In this document: positions 34,592-44,779 of the stretch, piece by piece
How the letters are laid out: each line of letters opens with the position of its first letter
How positions within the stretch are numbered: the stretch's first letter is position 1
From: a virus
Lineage: Duplodnaviria > Caudoviricetes
IMG/VR virus record: IMGVR_UViG_3300024259_000058
Span: 1-45,587 of that record
Length of the DNA: 45,587 nt
Direction: 5' to 3' (one strand)
Notes under the pieces: model-generated
The model's database searches: none
The model's input: only the letters and a program-made list of their open reading frames with translations
What the model was told of the DNA's origin: nothing
Program-made: the position numbers and the translations under genes

Positions 34592-34786
34592 ATGAACAAA
34601 TTTAAACAAGCAGCGATTAATGTGTTGACAAGTAAGCAAGCACAACGCTTCTACTGGACTACTTTGAATGGTATCGTCGGTCTTGGTATAATGGCAGTAG
34701 GAGAGCTTAATATAGCCAGCGGTGCAGTAATAATCGCTATATTAAATGGAATCACCAAAGAGGTGCATAATAAATTAAAAAGATAA
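34592..34786 (+). CDS. Putative holin (2 TM)
   Basis: 64 aa, two hydrophobic segments, basic C-terminus. Confidence 0.55.
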   Translation: MNKFKQAAINVLTSKQAQRFYWTTLNGIVGLGIMAVGELNIASGAVIIAILNGITKEVHNKLKR

Positions 34787-34826
34787 ATCAATCTACTTTG
34801 AAACAATAAGAAGTAGATCATAGTTT

Positions 34827-35348
34827 ATGGGAACAACAAACCTAGATGACTTGAATGCAGATACTATATCTGGAGATATTCAAGCAGATGCTGGTTCTAT
34901 TGGAACAGCAGAGGTGGCTGATGCCGCCATTACAGCAGCTAAAGTAGCATCTTCTGATGGTAATTTAGTTTGCTCTAAAGTAGCTTTAACAGCTGGTGCA
35001 GCCGATGCTTTCGCATTAGCTTGGCAAAATCCAGAAGCAACAGCTATTCTTGTTGATAGGGTAATAGTAGATATTACAACAGCTGGTGGTACAGCTACAG
35101 CAGTTTTAGATGTTGCTGTTGTTGCAAATGCTACATCAACTGGTGATACTATCTTAGATGGAGTTGATTTAAACGCAACTGGTTTGTCTGATTCATTAAA
35201 TGGTACTGATAATGGTACAAATGGTGGCGGTAAAGTAGTTCAAGTAGATGAAGCTGATGGAACAAATGATTATATCACAGGTAAGATTTTAGTAGAAGCA
35301 GCATCATCTTTAGTAGGTAATGCTTATATATACTATAGAACAGTTTAA
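34827..35348 (+). CDS. Virion structural protein
   Basis: Ala/Thr/Gly-rich beta protein ending AYIYYRTV. Confidence 0.65.
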   Translation: MGTTNLDDLNADTISGDIQADAGSIGTAEVADAAITAAKVASSDGNLVCSKVALTAGAADAFALAWQNPEATAILVDRVIVDITTAGGTATAVLDVAVVANATSTGDTILDGVDLNATGLSDSLNGTDNGTNGGGKVVQVDEADGTNDYITGKILVEAASSLVGNAYIYYRTV

Positions 35349-35355
35349 TAATTTC

Positions 35356-35384
35356 TCTGGGTTTAAAGATTCTTTAAATCCAGA
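35356..35384 (+). terminator. Intergenic hairpin
   Basis: TCTGGGTTTAAAG/CTTTAAATCCAGA stem. Confidence 0.4.
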
Positions 35385-35414
35385 ATAAATTATTTAATTA
35401 AATAAAATAAAATT

Positions 35415-36617
35415 ATGTCACAATTATTAACCTATGCAGAAGTAGATACTGGTATCCAAGAGAAGATGGCAGGTTCTGCTCCGGATTCTACAAAAAGACT
35501 TAATGCTATCAATAATACTGTTCAAGACTTATATGCTAAGTTTGATATTGAAAGCAGTATTAGAGAATATATATTTTATGCTATTGCAAACGGAGAAGCA
35601 GTTAATCTTACAACGGATGTCCCTGATTTCAAGAAAGTAAAAGATTTAAGATATTTAGCTGATTCAAAGCATGACAATGAATTTGCTGAAGTTGAGGATG
35701 ATCTATTCGCAACTCATATTGGTTCAGGCAGATTGCTCGATGAATACTCTGTAACATATAACGATGGAAAATTATTTGCTAGAATGAATACTGTAGATGG
35801 TGTAACATCCAAACAAATTCATTCAATGGGTGATTTAACAAGTAATGGTAGCTGGGAAAATGATGCTGACGATACTTTAAATCTAACAACAACAACAGTT
35901 GGTACTTTAAATCAAAGCGAAGTAATAAAATTTGATATTGATGTAAGCCAAACTGCAGAAGATTATGCACAAATTTCAAATAATGATATAACAGCGATTG
36001 ATTTATCCGATTATGTTAATTTAGGTAAATTAAGATTTTGGATATATTTACCTAGCATTACTAATTTTACTTCTATTGAAGTAAGATGGGGTAGTTACGA
36101 TACTGAATTAAATTATTGGGTTAATACTGCTACAACACAAGCAAATGGAAGTGCTTTCATTGCTGGTTGGAATAGGGTTGAAATAGATTGGAATGGGGCG
36201 ACAGAAAGTGGAACAGTAGACAATAGCAGTATAGTATCTCTTGGAATTAAATTAAACTATGCAAGTGGATTCACAGACCAAGTAAATGTTAAAGTAGAAG
36301 AAGTAACAATGTATTTACCAACTCCTTTTAAGTTAAAGTATTATACATATTATACATCAAAAACTAACGCAGGAACTTTCCAAGAAGATTTAACAACAAC
36401 AAGCAATGACGAGATATTACTGCCAAAAAGATATAAAGATTTAGTTGTTTCCGGAGCTGTGGAAAAGTTACTTCCAATGGCTTTAGGAGATGATGGAGAA
36501 TTACAGGTGAGAAGAGCTGAAAAGAATTATCGTGAAGAAAGAAATAATTTAAAACTTGATATAGGAAATTCTCCAAAAAGACCTAGTAGAAAAATTAAAA
36601 TACATAAAACTTGGTAA
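35415..36617 (+). CDS. Head-tail adaptor with inserted carbohydrate-binding-like domain
   Basis: Helical N-terminus (LNAINNTVQDL), C-terminal LLPKRYKDLVVSGA; central GWNRVEIDW beta insert. Confidence 0.65.
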   Translation: MSQLLTYAEVDTGIQEKMAGSAPDSTKRLNAINNTVQDLYAKFDIESSIREYIFYAIANGEAVNLTTDVPDFKKVKDLRYLADSKHDNEFAEVEDDLFATHIGSGRLLDEYSVTYNDGKLFARMNTVDGVTSKQIHSMGDLTSNGSWENDADDTLNLTTTTVGTLNQSEVIKFDIDVSQTAEDYAQISNNDITAIDLSDYVNLGKLRFWIYLPSITNFTSIEVRWGSYDTELNYWVNTATTQANGSAFIAGWNRVEIDWNGATESGTVDNSSIVSLGIKLNYASGFTDQVNVKVEEVTMYLPTPFKLKYYTYYTSKTNAGTFQEDLTTTSNDEILLPKRYKDLVVSGAVEKLLPMALGDDGELQVRRAEKNYREERNNLKLDIGNSPKRPSRKIKIHKTW

Positions 36618-36620
36618 TAT

Positions 36621-38459
36621 ATGGCTAAAGAATACAAAAATTTAACAGACCTTGGTGGGTTAATGACCCATTTGCCAGAAGATAAAATTCCTGATAGGAA
36701 TGCTTCTGACATTGCTAACATTGATTTAAGCAGTCCGGGGCTAATTCAAACTAGAAAAGGCTTCAGGTTGTTTGGTCAGGACACAACAGGAATTGGTAAT
36801 GGACTTCGTGGTTATTTATTTAGGAAGAACTTTGGAACAATCAAGAAAGTAAAGCTAAGAGTTATTGACGATGGAACTAATAGTAAAATGCAATGGCATA
36901 ATGCCAGTAATGCAGATGAAGATACCGGTAAATGGGAAGATTTAGTTACAGGGCTGACAACAGATAAAACAATGGGTTTTGCTCCGGCTAATGGTAATGA
37001 TGGTAATAAAGTTAATTTATTAATATTTTGCAACGGAGAAGAAAACTTCTCAACTTGGAATGGAGCAACTGCAACAGTAGCTAGTGTAACAAGTAATACA
37101 ATAGTAACCAATGAAACATTGACTCCAGATGAAGGATTTACTGCAACTGGAGATGTTATTATTGATGGAACATCTTATGCTTACACAGGATTAAGCAGTG
37201 CAACATTCACAGGAGTAACACCAGACCCAACAACACAAACTCCTAGTGCTGGAACAGGCATAGCTCAAAAAGCTGATACAACAACTCATAGTAGTAATGA
37301 GAAAGGAAATGTATTATTAACAGCTCAAGGTAAATTATTTTTAAGTGGCGTATCAACTAATGAAAGTAAAGTTCATTATTCTACCTCTACCGATATTACT
37401 GACTTTACTATAAGCAGTGGGCTTGGGAGTGGTGGAACATTTGATGTTATGGAAGGTGGCGGTGGTATAAATTTATTAGAGAGTAAAGGTAAAAACCAAG
37501 TTATCATACATAAAGATGACTCTGTTATATCTTATATCCGGGACAACGATGGCACTAATGCCATTGAAAATTTTGATACTTTATCGGAAGGGGACGATAC
37601 AGGAGCAACAAACATTAAAGCAGGAGCAGTAATAAATCAAGAGTCATTCTTTGCTACTAACATTGAGGGAATAAAGAATTTGAAAAAAGCAATCCAAGAT
37701 GCAAGTTTAAACCTAGATAGTATTACAGATATTATCTTGCCGACTGTTAAGCAATATGATTTTTCAGATGCTGCAGCTATATTTTATCCTGAGAAAAGAG
37801 CAATTTATGTTGCTTGTAAATCCAGTGAAGATAAGACTTTTAACAATAAAGTAATAGCTTTATATATCAGACAAAAAATAATAGACATTTCAATAGATAA
37901 TTTGAATGTTAAAGATTGGATAGTGAGTGGTAATGATTTATATTATCTATCAAGTGTTGACCAAAACACCTATAAATTATTTGATGAAAATTCTGACAAT
38001 GAAACCTCAATAACTCATAAATGGGTAAGTAAAGAATTTACCTTTGGAGAACCAGCCAGACAAAAAGAATTTAACAAATTATATATAGAAGGTTTTATTA
38101 AGAACAGAACCAAAATTAAGATAAGTATTTTATATGGTTCTTTAGGTAGCAAAGGAGTAAAAGAAAAGATTGTAGCCTGGGATGATAATTTTGTTTCAAC
38201 ACAAAAGATAAGTGCTTTAGGAACAGATGTAATCGGAACTGTGAGTTTAGGAGCAACAAGCAATGATATTCAAGATAGTTATGCCTTTAGTGTGCCAATT
38301 CATTTTGATATAAATAGAGCAACTAGATATAAGATAAAGATTGAAACAGAATATGACGATGAAACCAATGTAGAAAGTTATTGGGCAGTATCAAATATTA
38401 GCACCAATCCAACAATGATTGGAATAGATCATAATAAAACAATAAATAGTAATAATTAA
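36621..38459 (+). CDS. Tail nozzle/tubular protein (beta-propeller)
   Basis: LGGL...NID...GLIQTRKG start, GKLFL, VHYS, SKEFTFGEP..KEF. Confidence 0.75.
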   Translation: MAKEYKNLTDLGGLMTHLPEDKIPDRNASDIANIDLSSPGLIQTRKGFRLFGQDTTGIGNGLRGYLFRKNFGTIKKVKLRVIDDGTNSKMQWHNASNADEDTGKWEDLVTGLTTDKTMGFAPANGNDGNKVNLLIFCNGEENFSTWNGATATVASVTSNTIVTNETLTPDEGFTATGDVIIDGTSYAYTGLSSATFTGVTPDPTTQTPSAGTGIAQKADTTTHSSNEKGNVLLTAQGKLFLSGVSTNESKVHYSTSTDITDFTISSGLGSGGTFDVMEGGGGINLLESKGKNQVIIHKDDSVISYIRDNDGTNAIENFDTLSEGDDTGATNIKAGAVINQESFFATNIEGIKNLKKAIQDASLNLDSITDIILPTVKQYDFSDAAAIFYPEKRAIYVACKSSEDKTFNNKVIALYIRQKIIDISIDNLNVKDWIVSGNDLYYLSSVDQNTYKLFDENSDNETSITHKWVSKEFTFGEPARQKEFNKLYIEGFIKNRTKIKISILYGSLGSKGVKEKIVAWDDNFVSTQKISALGTDVIGTVSLGATSNDIQDSYAFSVPIHFDINRATRYKIKIETEYDDETNVESYWAVSNISTNPTMIGIDHNKTINSNN

Positions 38460-38475
38460 TCTTTAACATATAAAT

Positions 38476-38967
38476 ATGGGTTTAAAGAAATCAAATCAAA
38501 CCTCATTTAAAGACGGTCATATTCCCTGGAATAAAGGGCTAAAAGGGTGGAATTCGGGTAAAAAAAATCCATTTTATGGAAAAAAACACTCGCAAACAGT
38601 TATTGATGCTATAATCAAAAGTAATACTGGGAGAAAAATGTCAGAAGAGCATAAGCAAAAAATTATAGAATCAGTATCTGGAGAGAATAATAATAATTGG
38701 AAAGGTGGTATTACTCCATATAGTAGAAAAATTAGAGCAAGTTGTGAATGGAAAAAATGGAGAGAAAAAGTTTTTACAAGAGATGATTATACTTGTAAAC
38801 AGTGTGGTATTTATTCTGACAAAGAATACGGGAAAATTGAAATACATCCACACCATAGAATACCTGTCAGAAAATTAATAAAGACTAAATTTGAAAAATA
38901 TATTTATAATATAAAAAATGGTATTACATTGTGCAAACCTTGTCACGATTTAATTCCAAAAAAATAA
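38476..38967 (+). CDS. NUMOD3-type HNH homing endonuclease
   Basis: NPFYGKKHS, NWKGG, RDDYTCKQCG, PHH, NGITLCKPCH. Confidence 0.9.
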   Translation: MGLKKSNQTSFKDGHIPWNKGLKGWNSGKKNPFYGKKHSQTVIDAIIKSNTGRKMSEEHKQKIIESVSGENNNNWKGGITPYSRKIRASCEWKKWREKVFTRDDYTCKQCGIYSDKEYGKIEIHPHHRIPVRKLIKTKFEKYIYNIKNGITLCKPCHDLIPKK

Positions 38968-38975
38968 CTACCTAT

Positions 38976-40436
38976 ATGTGTCCAAGTTTTCAACCAAGTG
39001 GAATTAGTATAAACATTCGTGAGAGTCTTGTATCAGGGTCATCAAGAACTCAAACCACACTTAATATTGATCCTATAATAACAAAAGATGGACATCGTGT
39101 TGTAATGAGTGATGTTGGTGACATTGGTTTTGCTAAGATTGACCAAGGAACTGACAATGAAGAAATACTTAGTTATACAGGTATTACAGACAATACAACC
39201 ACAATGCAATTAACTGGTGTTGTCTGGGGCTATAACTTTTATGATGGTATAGGAGATGTAGACGCTAATAAAAAATCTCATAGTAGCGGAGCTTCCTTTA
39301 TAATCACTAATGATTTTCATTATCTTAGTGAGCAATATCTAAGCAAAGATGACTTTGACCCAGATGCTAACGAACTTGATTTAGGGGATGGAACTACTGA
39401 CAATGATAAAAAATTGAATGCTGATAATGGAGATGCTAACAATCCATTCTTAGCTTACGATGAAAGTGAAGACGAATGGGTGTTTAGCAATGATGGAACT
39501 AGCACAACTGCTATGTCTAGTGTTGGAGCAGTTGGAACAGGTGGAGATGGTATTGATATTACAGCCAGTACAGTGAGTTTAGACATAGCAGCTAGTAGCA
39601 AAGTGATTTCTGATGGTGGTACTGGCGACCAATTAGATTTAACAGGAGACACAAGTGATGCTCTTGATGGAAGCTCTGGAACACCAAGTTCAAGTAATAC
39701 ATTTATCACAGAAGATGATGTAACTGAAGCAAAAACAGCTAGTAAGGTTGCCAGGCGTGATAGTAATGGTGATTTATTAGTAACAACTACACCAACAGAT
39801 GGTGATGCTGCAGCTAGTAAAACTTATATAGAAGCTCAAGATGTTGCAAATAGTATTATCAATCAATTAGACAATAAATATTATTTGATTGGCTCTGATT
39901 TACAGGTTACCGCCAATGGGGGAACATTAACACAAACAAGTAATGTAATGTCAGCAGTAACAGCTAGTGGTACTGGTGAGAATGAATCATTTTACGATCA
40001 AGAAACAGATGAGGTAGATAGCTCTGCAGATTTTGATTTTATCGTTAGATTTAAAAATGCAGGAGCAACACAAAATTCTGTATTCGTTGGAATAACTGGT
40101 GCTTATGCAACAATGCCAAGTGTAGCTGGAGCTTTAACAACTGACCATGCTGGATTTATTATAGGTGGTTCTACTATTTATTCTTCAACAGGAGATGGTT
40201 CTACTCAAACAAGCAATTCAATATCTGGGGTAACTATAGCAGATTATAATAATTATAGAATAACAAGAGACGGCAGTAATATTTTATTCTATGTTAACGG
40301 TTCATTAAAATTTACACATACAACTAATTTGCCAGATGATACAAGTGTGCAATTAGCATTTTCGGTTAATAATGGAGATGGTGGAGATGGTGCTAGATCA
40401 TTATATATAATTAAAAATTATATCTTTATTCAATAA
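38976..40436 (+). CDS. Tail fibre/spike with C-terminal concanavalin-like domain
   Basis: Start moved to ATG 38976; DAASKTY fibre motif; YNNYRITRDGSNILFYVNG. Confidence 0.7.
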   Translation: MCPSFQPSGISINIRESLVSGSSRTQTTLNIDPIITKDGHRVVMSDVGDIGFAKIDQGTDNEEILSYTGITDNTTTMQLTGVVWGYNFYDGIGDVDANKKSHSSGASFIITNDFHYLSEQYLSKDDFDPDANELDLGDGTTDNDKKLNADNGDANNPFLAYDESEDEWVFSNDGTSTTAMSSVGAVGTGGDGIDITASTVSLDIAASSKVISDGGTGDQLDLTGDTSDALDGSSGTPSSSNTFITEDDVTEAKTASKVARRDSNGDLLVTTTPTDGDAAASKTYIEAQDVANSIINQLDNKYYLIGSDLQVTANGGTLTQTSNVMSAVTASGTGENESFYDQETDEVDSSADFDFIVRFKNAGATQNSVFVGITGAYATMPSVAGALTTDHAGFIIGGSTIYSSTGDGSTQTSNSISGVTIADYNNYRITRDGSNILFYVNGSLKFTHTTNLPDDTSVQLAFSVNNGDGGDGARSLYIIKNYIFIQ

Positions 40437-40447
40437 CATAAACAAAT

Positions 40448-41791
40448 ATGGCACAACAATTTACACAGGGAGAAACAATGAGTGCTGAGTCTTTACAGGG
40501 TCAGGACTTGAATGCACTGATTGACCAAGGTGTTATATCTCCTCGTCAAGGAGGTCAGGCTTTTGAAGTCTTAAAGAATTATACCGGTGGAATGACAGCA
40601 GCTGAAGAAGCAGCTAGTTTAACTGCTGGCATTCAATCACCAATGACACAAGAGGAGATAATGGCACAAAAACAATCTGCAATGGATGTCAGAAGAGCTC
40701 AAGCAGAATCTATCTTTGGTCCACAGATTAGACGAGCAGAAGAATTAGGAGTAGCACAAGTATCCACTGGAGCAGGAGTAACCGGTCAAAGAGCTGGATT
40801 TAACATCTCAACTGCTGAAGCACAATACATTAAAAGTATTGAAGATCAAGCTGAAACAAGAGTAAGAGAGATAGAAACACAAATGTCAGAGTACATTTCA
40901 ACAGGAAATTTCCAAGCCGCTCAACTTGCTCAACAACAAATGTCAGAGCTAAGACAAACACAAAACAACCTAATCCTAAAAAGAGCAGAGCTTGCGATGG
41001 ATATAGGGAAAACAAGAACAGAAGAAGAACGATGGCAACAACAGTTTGGGATGGAACAAAGACAATTTGATTTAAAAGACACTGCCGCATATTATGACAT
41101 TGTTAAAGATATTCCTGCAGGAGAAAGTATTACTGTTAGAGGCAGAACATTTATAGGTATTGCACAGCCTAATATTGATCCATTCTTTAAAGGTTCTGAT
41201 ATTACAAAATTAATGCTTGGATTACCTCAAGGTGTCAGTACATCAATAGTAGATCCAAATACTGGGACAACATATCAAATTGAAGGACTATCAACAGATG
41301 ATCCAAATACACAAATTATTCAATCAACAAGTGATACAGGAGAAGTAACAATCACAACAATGAATAAAAGTACTGGTGAAATGTTAAGTCAAATATCAGC
41401 TGGTAATATAGGCAAAACAAAAACAAGAGCAGCATCCACAACAATTATAATGAACGAAAAACAAGCAGGTATGATAGGAGATGCAGCAGCTAAATTAAAT
41501 GCAACTATTGGTGATGACGGATTTTTTAACACAGATGATTATGTAAAGGAAAGAGATGTTTTTGCTTCATCTGGAGGTGATGTTGATACCTTTGATGATA
41601 CATTTAAAAATAGATTAAATCCTAGTGACCCGGGAGCTACAAGATTTTTAACAAAAGCTGAAGTAGAGTTAGCTGATACAGGTGGAAACTGGACTACTGA
41701 AATAGAAAAAAGCTTTATTGACCTTGGTATTTCTCAAGACGAAATTAATGCTTGGAAAGAGATAGGGATGAGCCCAGAGGACTTTATGTAA
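40448..41791 (+). CDS. Internal virion (ejection-type) protein
   Basis: Q/A-rich helical N-half; podovirus position. Confidence 0.6.
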   Translation: MAQQFTQGETMSAESLQGQDLNALIDQGVISPRQGGQAFEVLKNYTGGMTAAEEAASLTAGIQSPMTQEEIMAQKQSAMDVRRAQAESIFGPQIRRAEELGVAQVSTGAGVTGQRAGFNISTAEAQYIKSIEDQAETRVREIETQMSEYISTGNFQAAQLAQQQMSELRQTQNNLILKRAELAMDIGKTRTEEERWQQQFGMEQRQFDLKDTAAYYDIVKDIPAGESITVRGRTFIGIAQPNIDPFFKGSDITKLMLGLPQGVSTSIVDPNTGTTYQIEGLSTDDPNTQIIQSTSDTGEVTITTMNKSTGEMLSQISAGNIGKTKTRAASTTIIMNEKQAGMIGDAAAKLNATIGDDGFFNTDDYVKERDVFASSGGDVDTFDDTFKNRLNPSDPGATRFLTKAEVELADTGGNWTTEIEKSFIDLGISQDEINAWKEIGMSPEDFM

Positions 41792-41807
41792 ATTTAAATA
41801 AAATTTT

Positions 41808-44657
41808 ATGGGAATTAAAGAAGACATAAGAGAAAGAGTAAAACAACAAGTTAAACAAAAGCTTAGGGAACGAAGAGCGGCATTACAACCAGAGCAAAAA
41901 TCTATTGGCGGTTTTATGGGTCATTTAAAGACAGATATTGTTGGCTTTGGTAAAGGAGTATTAACTTTGGGGAGAGAAGCTGTTGTACATCCAGTTGAGT
42001 CAACAAAAAATGTTAGTTCAACTCTTTTTGAGCTGAGTAAAAAAATGGTTAAATACTCCCCAGGACTACTCAAACAAATGGGAGATGTTGTTGCTAACCC
42101 TATTGACACAGCTAAAGAGTTTAAAGTCAATATTGACAGAACAAGAGATATCTCTTACGAGGAAATGAAAATACTTTTAGACGATATGCGATCAGAAGTT
42201 ACTGGGAAGGTTAAAGATAAACCAAGAGGCGAAAGAATCCTTGGTACCCTTGGTGCTGGGTTATTTTCTGATATTTCGAAAGAGATTACACATCCTATTG
42301 AGTTTGCTTATGAAAAACCATTTACATTTGGGCTTGATGTCCTGAGTGTCGGTGGTGGAAAAGTATTAGGTAAACCAGTAAAAATGTTAGGCAAAACAAA
42401 AAAGGGACAACAATTTATTAAAAAAATTGAAAGTACCTTTGTTCCAGACGCGAAATTAAAGAATGCTGGGTTTGAAAAGTTAGCAGCAGATTCGTTAACA
42501 ACAAAAGAAAGAATGTTCAATTCTCAAAAAAAGATAATAGAGGCTAATTCAGAAAGATTTGAAAAAGTATTTAAACTTGGGAAAAAGGAAAGATTTGAAT
42601 TTTTTGAAACGATAGATAAATTAAGACGAGCTAAGCCAGGAGTTAAAGCTTTCTCTGAAAATCCTAAAATACAAAAAGCAATTCATTGGTGGTTAGATGA
42701 ACAAGTCCCAAAGATTCAAAAAGCTGTTGGATTGCCAAAAGAAAAATCAATAACGAATTATCTCCATCATTTTTTTCCAACAAAACCTAAAACAGATGGG
42801 ACTACGTTTATCTCACCTCTTAGGAAAGGGAAGGAAGGTTATCTTAAAAAATCAGAAGATGTCGCAGGTTTCAGCAAAGATCCAATAGTTTCGATTTCTG
42901 CTATTCAAAGTAAAATAGCTATTAACGCTATCAAAGATTCTTTTGTTAAAAGGACAGTGAAAGGATATGCTAAAGATATAAATAAATTGAAAAATGAATT
43001 AGCTGCTAGGATAGGTTTTGATGATGTAAAGTTTCTTGAAGATAAAGGGATACTAATCAATAGATTAAAATCAGAATTTAATTTAGGAGAATTTATACCC
43101 AAGAAAGGAGAGTTCCATTTAATGCCAAAAGAAGTAGCTGATTCTCTTAACAAATTTTTAAATCCAAGAGAATTAAGCACATTAGAACAAGGTTTTGGTT
43201 TCTTTAATAGAAACTGGAAACCCCTCGCTACTGCCACTAGACCTAGATATCATACAAGAAATGTACTAGGGAATCTTTGGAATGGTTTTGTTTTAGGAGA
43301 AGCAAATATAAGACAAATTCCTAAAGCAGCTTGGCAACAAATTGGTAATTATGCGAATGAATTAAGCAAATCAACGTCACTAGTTGGTAAAACTTTTAAA
43401 AAAATATATGGCAAAAGCAAAATAAATACTAAATTAATCAAACAGGCTATTGATGATGGAGTCATTGATAGAGGGTTTTTTGCAATGGACTTACATGATT
43501 TAGCGAAAGTAGCTGAAAGTAGTGATGATATAATAACAGCAATTAAAAGATATAAAAACCCAGCAGAGATTTATAGAATACCAGTACTTAGTCAATATCT
43601 TAAAATGTCTTTTAAGGTTGGTGAAGCATTAGAAAATAACGCAAGACTTGCATTATATATGGATAGAATCAGAAAAGGTGTTAGTAGAACTAAAGCAAAA
43701 GCTGATGTTAATAAGTATCTATTTGATTATTTAACCGGTCTATCTGAAACAGATAAAGTAATTAAGAATTTAATACCATTTTGGTCTTGGACAAGATTTA
43801 ATGTTCCGTTACAAACAAGTGCTGTAGTTACTCAGTCTTTAAAACATGCAGTAGTAAATAAAATAGCATCACCAATAGTTGAAAGTATGGAAACTAAGGA
43901 TGAATTAAGAGGTTATCTATCAGAAAAAGAAAAAGAAGCTGGATTAATAAAAGTTGGGGAAGTTGAGAAAGAAGGTAAAACATATAATAAATATATTAGA
44001 ACTGAGAGTGTACTTCCTATCAATGATTTAACAAGAATTGTTGATATATTTAGATTTGATATAGACTCATTAGGTTTAAATCCGCTTGTTGGATTATCAA
44101 AAAGAATAAATGATAATTTAGATTACTTTGGTGGTAAGGTAGAAAAATTTAAAGGTGAAGAAGAAAAGTTTTTAGACATTCCTATGACCGGTAAAACTGT
44201 AGAAGCAATGAGAATAATTCCTTTTTTATCAGAATTAAATAAAGCTATTGGTGGTAGTTATGTTGATGGCAAAGAACCACCTCTTGATATTAGACTTGAA
44301 CAAGTATTAAGTCCTCTTGGAACAACCCTTAAAGATCAAGAAGATTTAAAATTGTGGGGAATTTTAGAAAAAGAAAAAGAGCTTAAAGGCTCTTATGAAC
44401 AAGGACTTGAGAGTTTATATAAGAAATATTTAATTCAATCAATTAAATATCCTGAAGAAAAACAATTTAGCAACAATGTTGAAAAATTAGAAAATATGTT
44501 AAAGTCGAAAGGATTAACTGGCTTAAACTTATTACCAATAAAAATTAAAGCTACAAAGGAAGCTGTAAAGCAAAGGGTTATAGAACAAGTCAGAATCAGA
44601 ACATTGGAAAGTAAAAAGGAAACAGAAAAAGAAGCTGAAACTAAGCCCACTCCTTAA
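41808..44657 (+). CDS. Large internal virion (ejection-type) protein
   Basis: 949 aa last late gene; RYHTRNVLGN, FDY, IPFWSW motifs of podovirus core proteins. Confidence 0.65.
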   Translation: MGIKEDIRERVKQQVKQKLRERRAALQPEQKSIGGFMGHLKTDIVGFGKGVLTLGREAVVHPVESTKNVSSTLFELSKKMVKYSPGLLKQMGDVVANPIDTAKEFKVNIDRTRDISYEEMKILLDDMRSEVTGKVKDKPRGERILGTLGAGLFSDISKEITHPIEFAYEKPFTFGLDVLSVGGGKVLGKPVKMLGKTKKGQQFIKKIESTFVPDAKLKNAGFEKLAADSLTTKERMFNSQKKIIEANSERFEKVFKLGKKERFEFFETIDKLRRAKPGVKAFSENPKIQKAIHWWLDEQVPKIQKAVGLPKEKSITNYLHHFFPTKPKTDGTTFISPLRKGKEGYLKKSEDVAGFSKDPIVSISAIQSKIAINAIKDSFVKRTVKGYAKDINKLKNELAARIGFDDVKFLEDKGILINRLKSEFNLGEFIPKKGEFHLMPKEVADSLNKFLNPRELSTLEQGFGFFNRNWKPLATATRPRYHTRNVLGNLWNGFVLGEANIRQIPKAAWQQIGNYANELSKSTSLVGKTFKKIYGKSKINTKLIKQAIDDGVIDRGFFAMDLHDLAKVAESSDDIITAIKRYKNPAEIYRIPVLSQYLKMSFKVGEALENNARLALYMDRIRKGVSRTKAKADVNKYLFDYLTGLSETDKVIKNLIPFWSWTRFNVPLQTSAVVTQSLKHAVVNKIASPIVESMETKDELRGYLSEKEKEAGLIKVGEVEKEGKTYNKYIRTESVLPINDLTRIVDIFRFDIDSLGLNPLVGLSKRINDNLDYFGGKVEKFKGEEEKFLDIPMTGKTVEAMRIIPFLSELNKAIGGSYVDGKEPPLDIRLEQVLSPLGTTLKDQEDLKLWGILEKEKELKGSYEQGLESLYKKYLIQSIKYPEEKQFSNNVEKLENMLKSKGLTGLNLLPIKIKATKEAVKQRVIEQVRIRTLESKKETEKEAETKPTP

Positions 44658-44779
44658 TCATTTTCAATTATTGAAGCTGCCATTAAAGCAATCATAAAAA
44701 TAACAAATTCTTCAAAGCCAAAACTCCAAAATAATGCTGCAAATATTGCTATTGTAAATGTTATTACTGTGAACTTCAT
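44654..44779 (-). CDS. Small membrane protein (41 aa)
   Basis: My translation MKFTVITFTIAIFAALFWSFGFEEFVIFMIALMAASIIEND; stop overlaps convergent late gene stop (TTAA). Confidence 0.55.
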   Translation of the reverse strand: MKFTVITFTIAIFAALFWSFGFEEFVIFMIALMAASIIEND

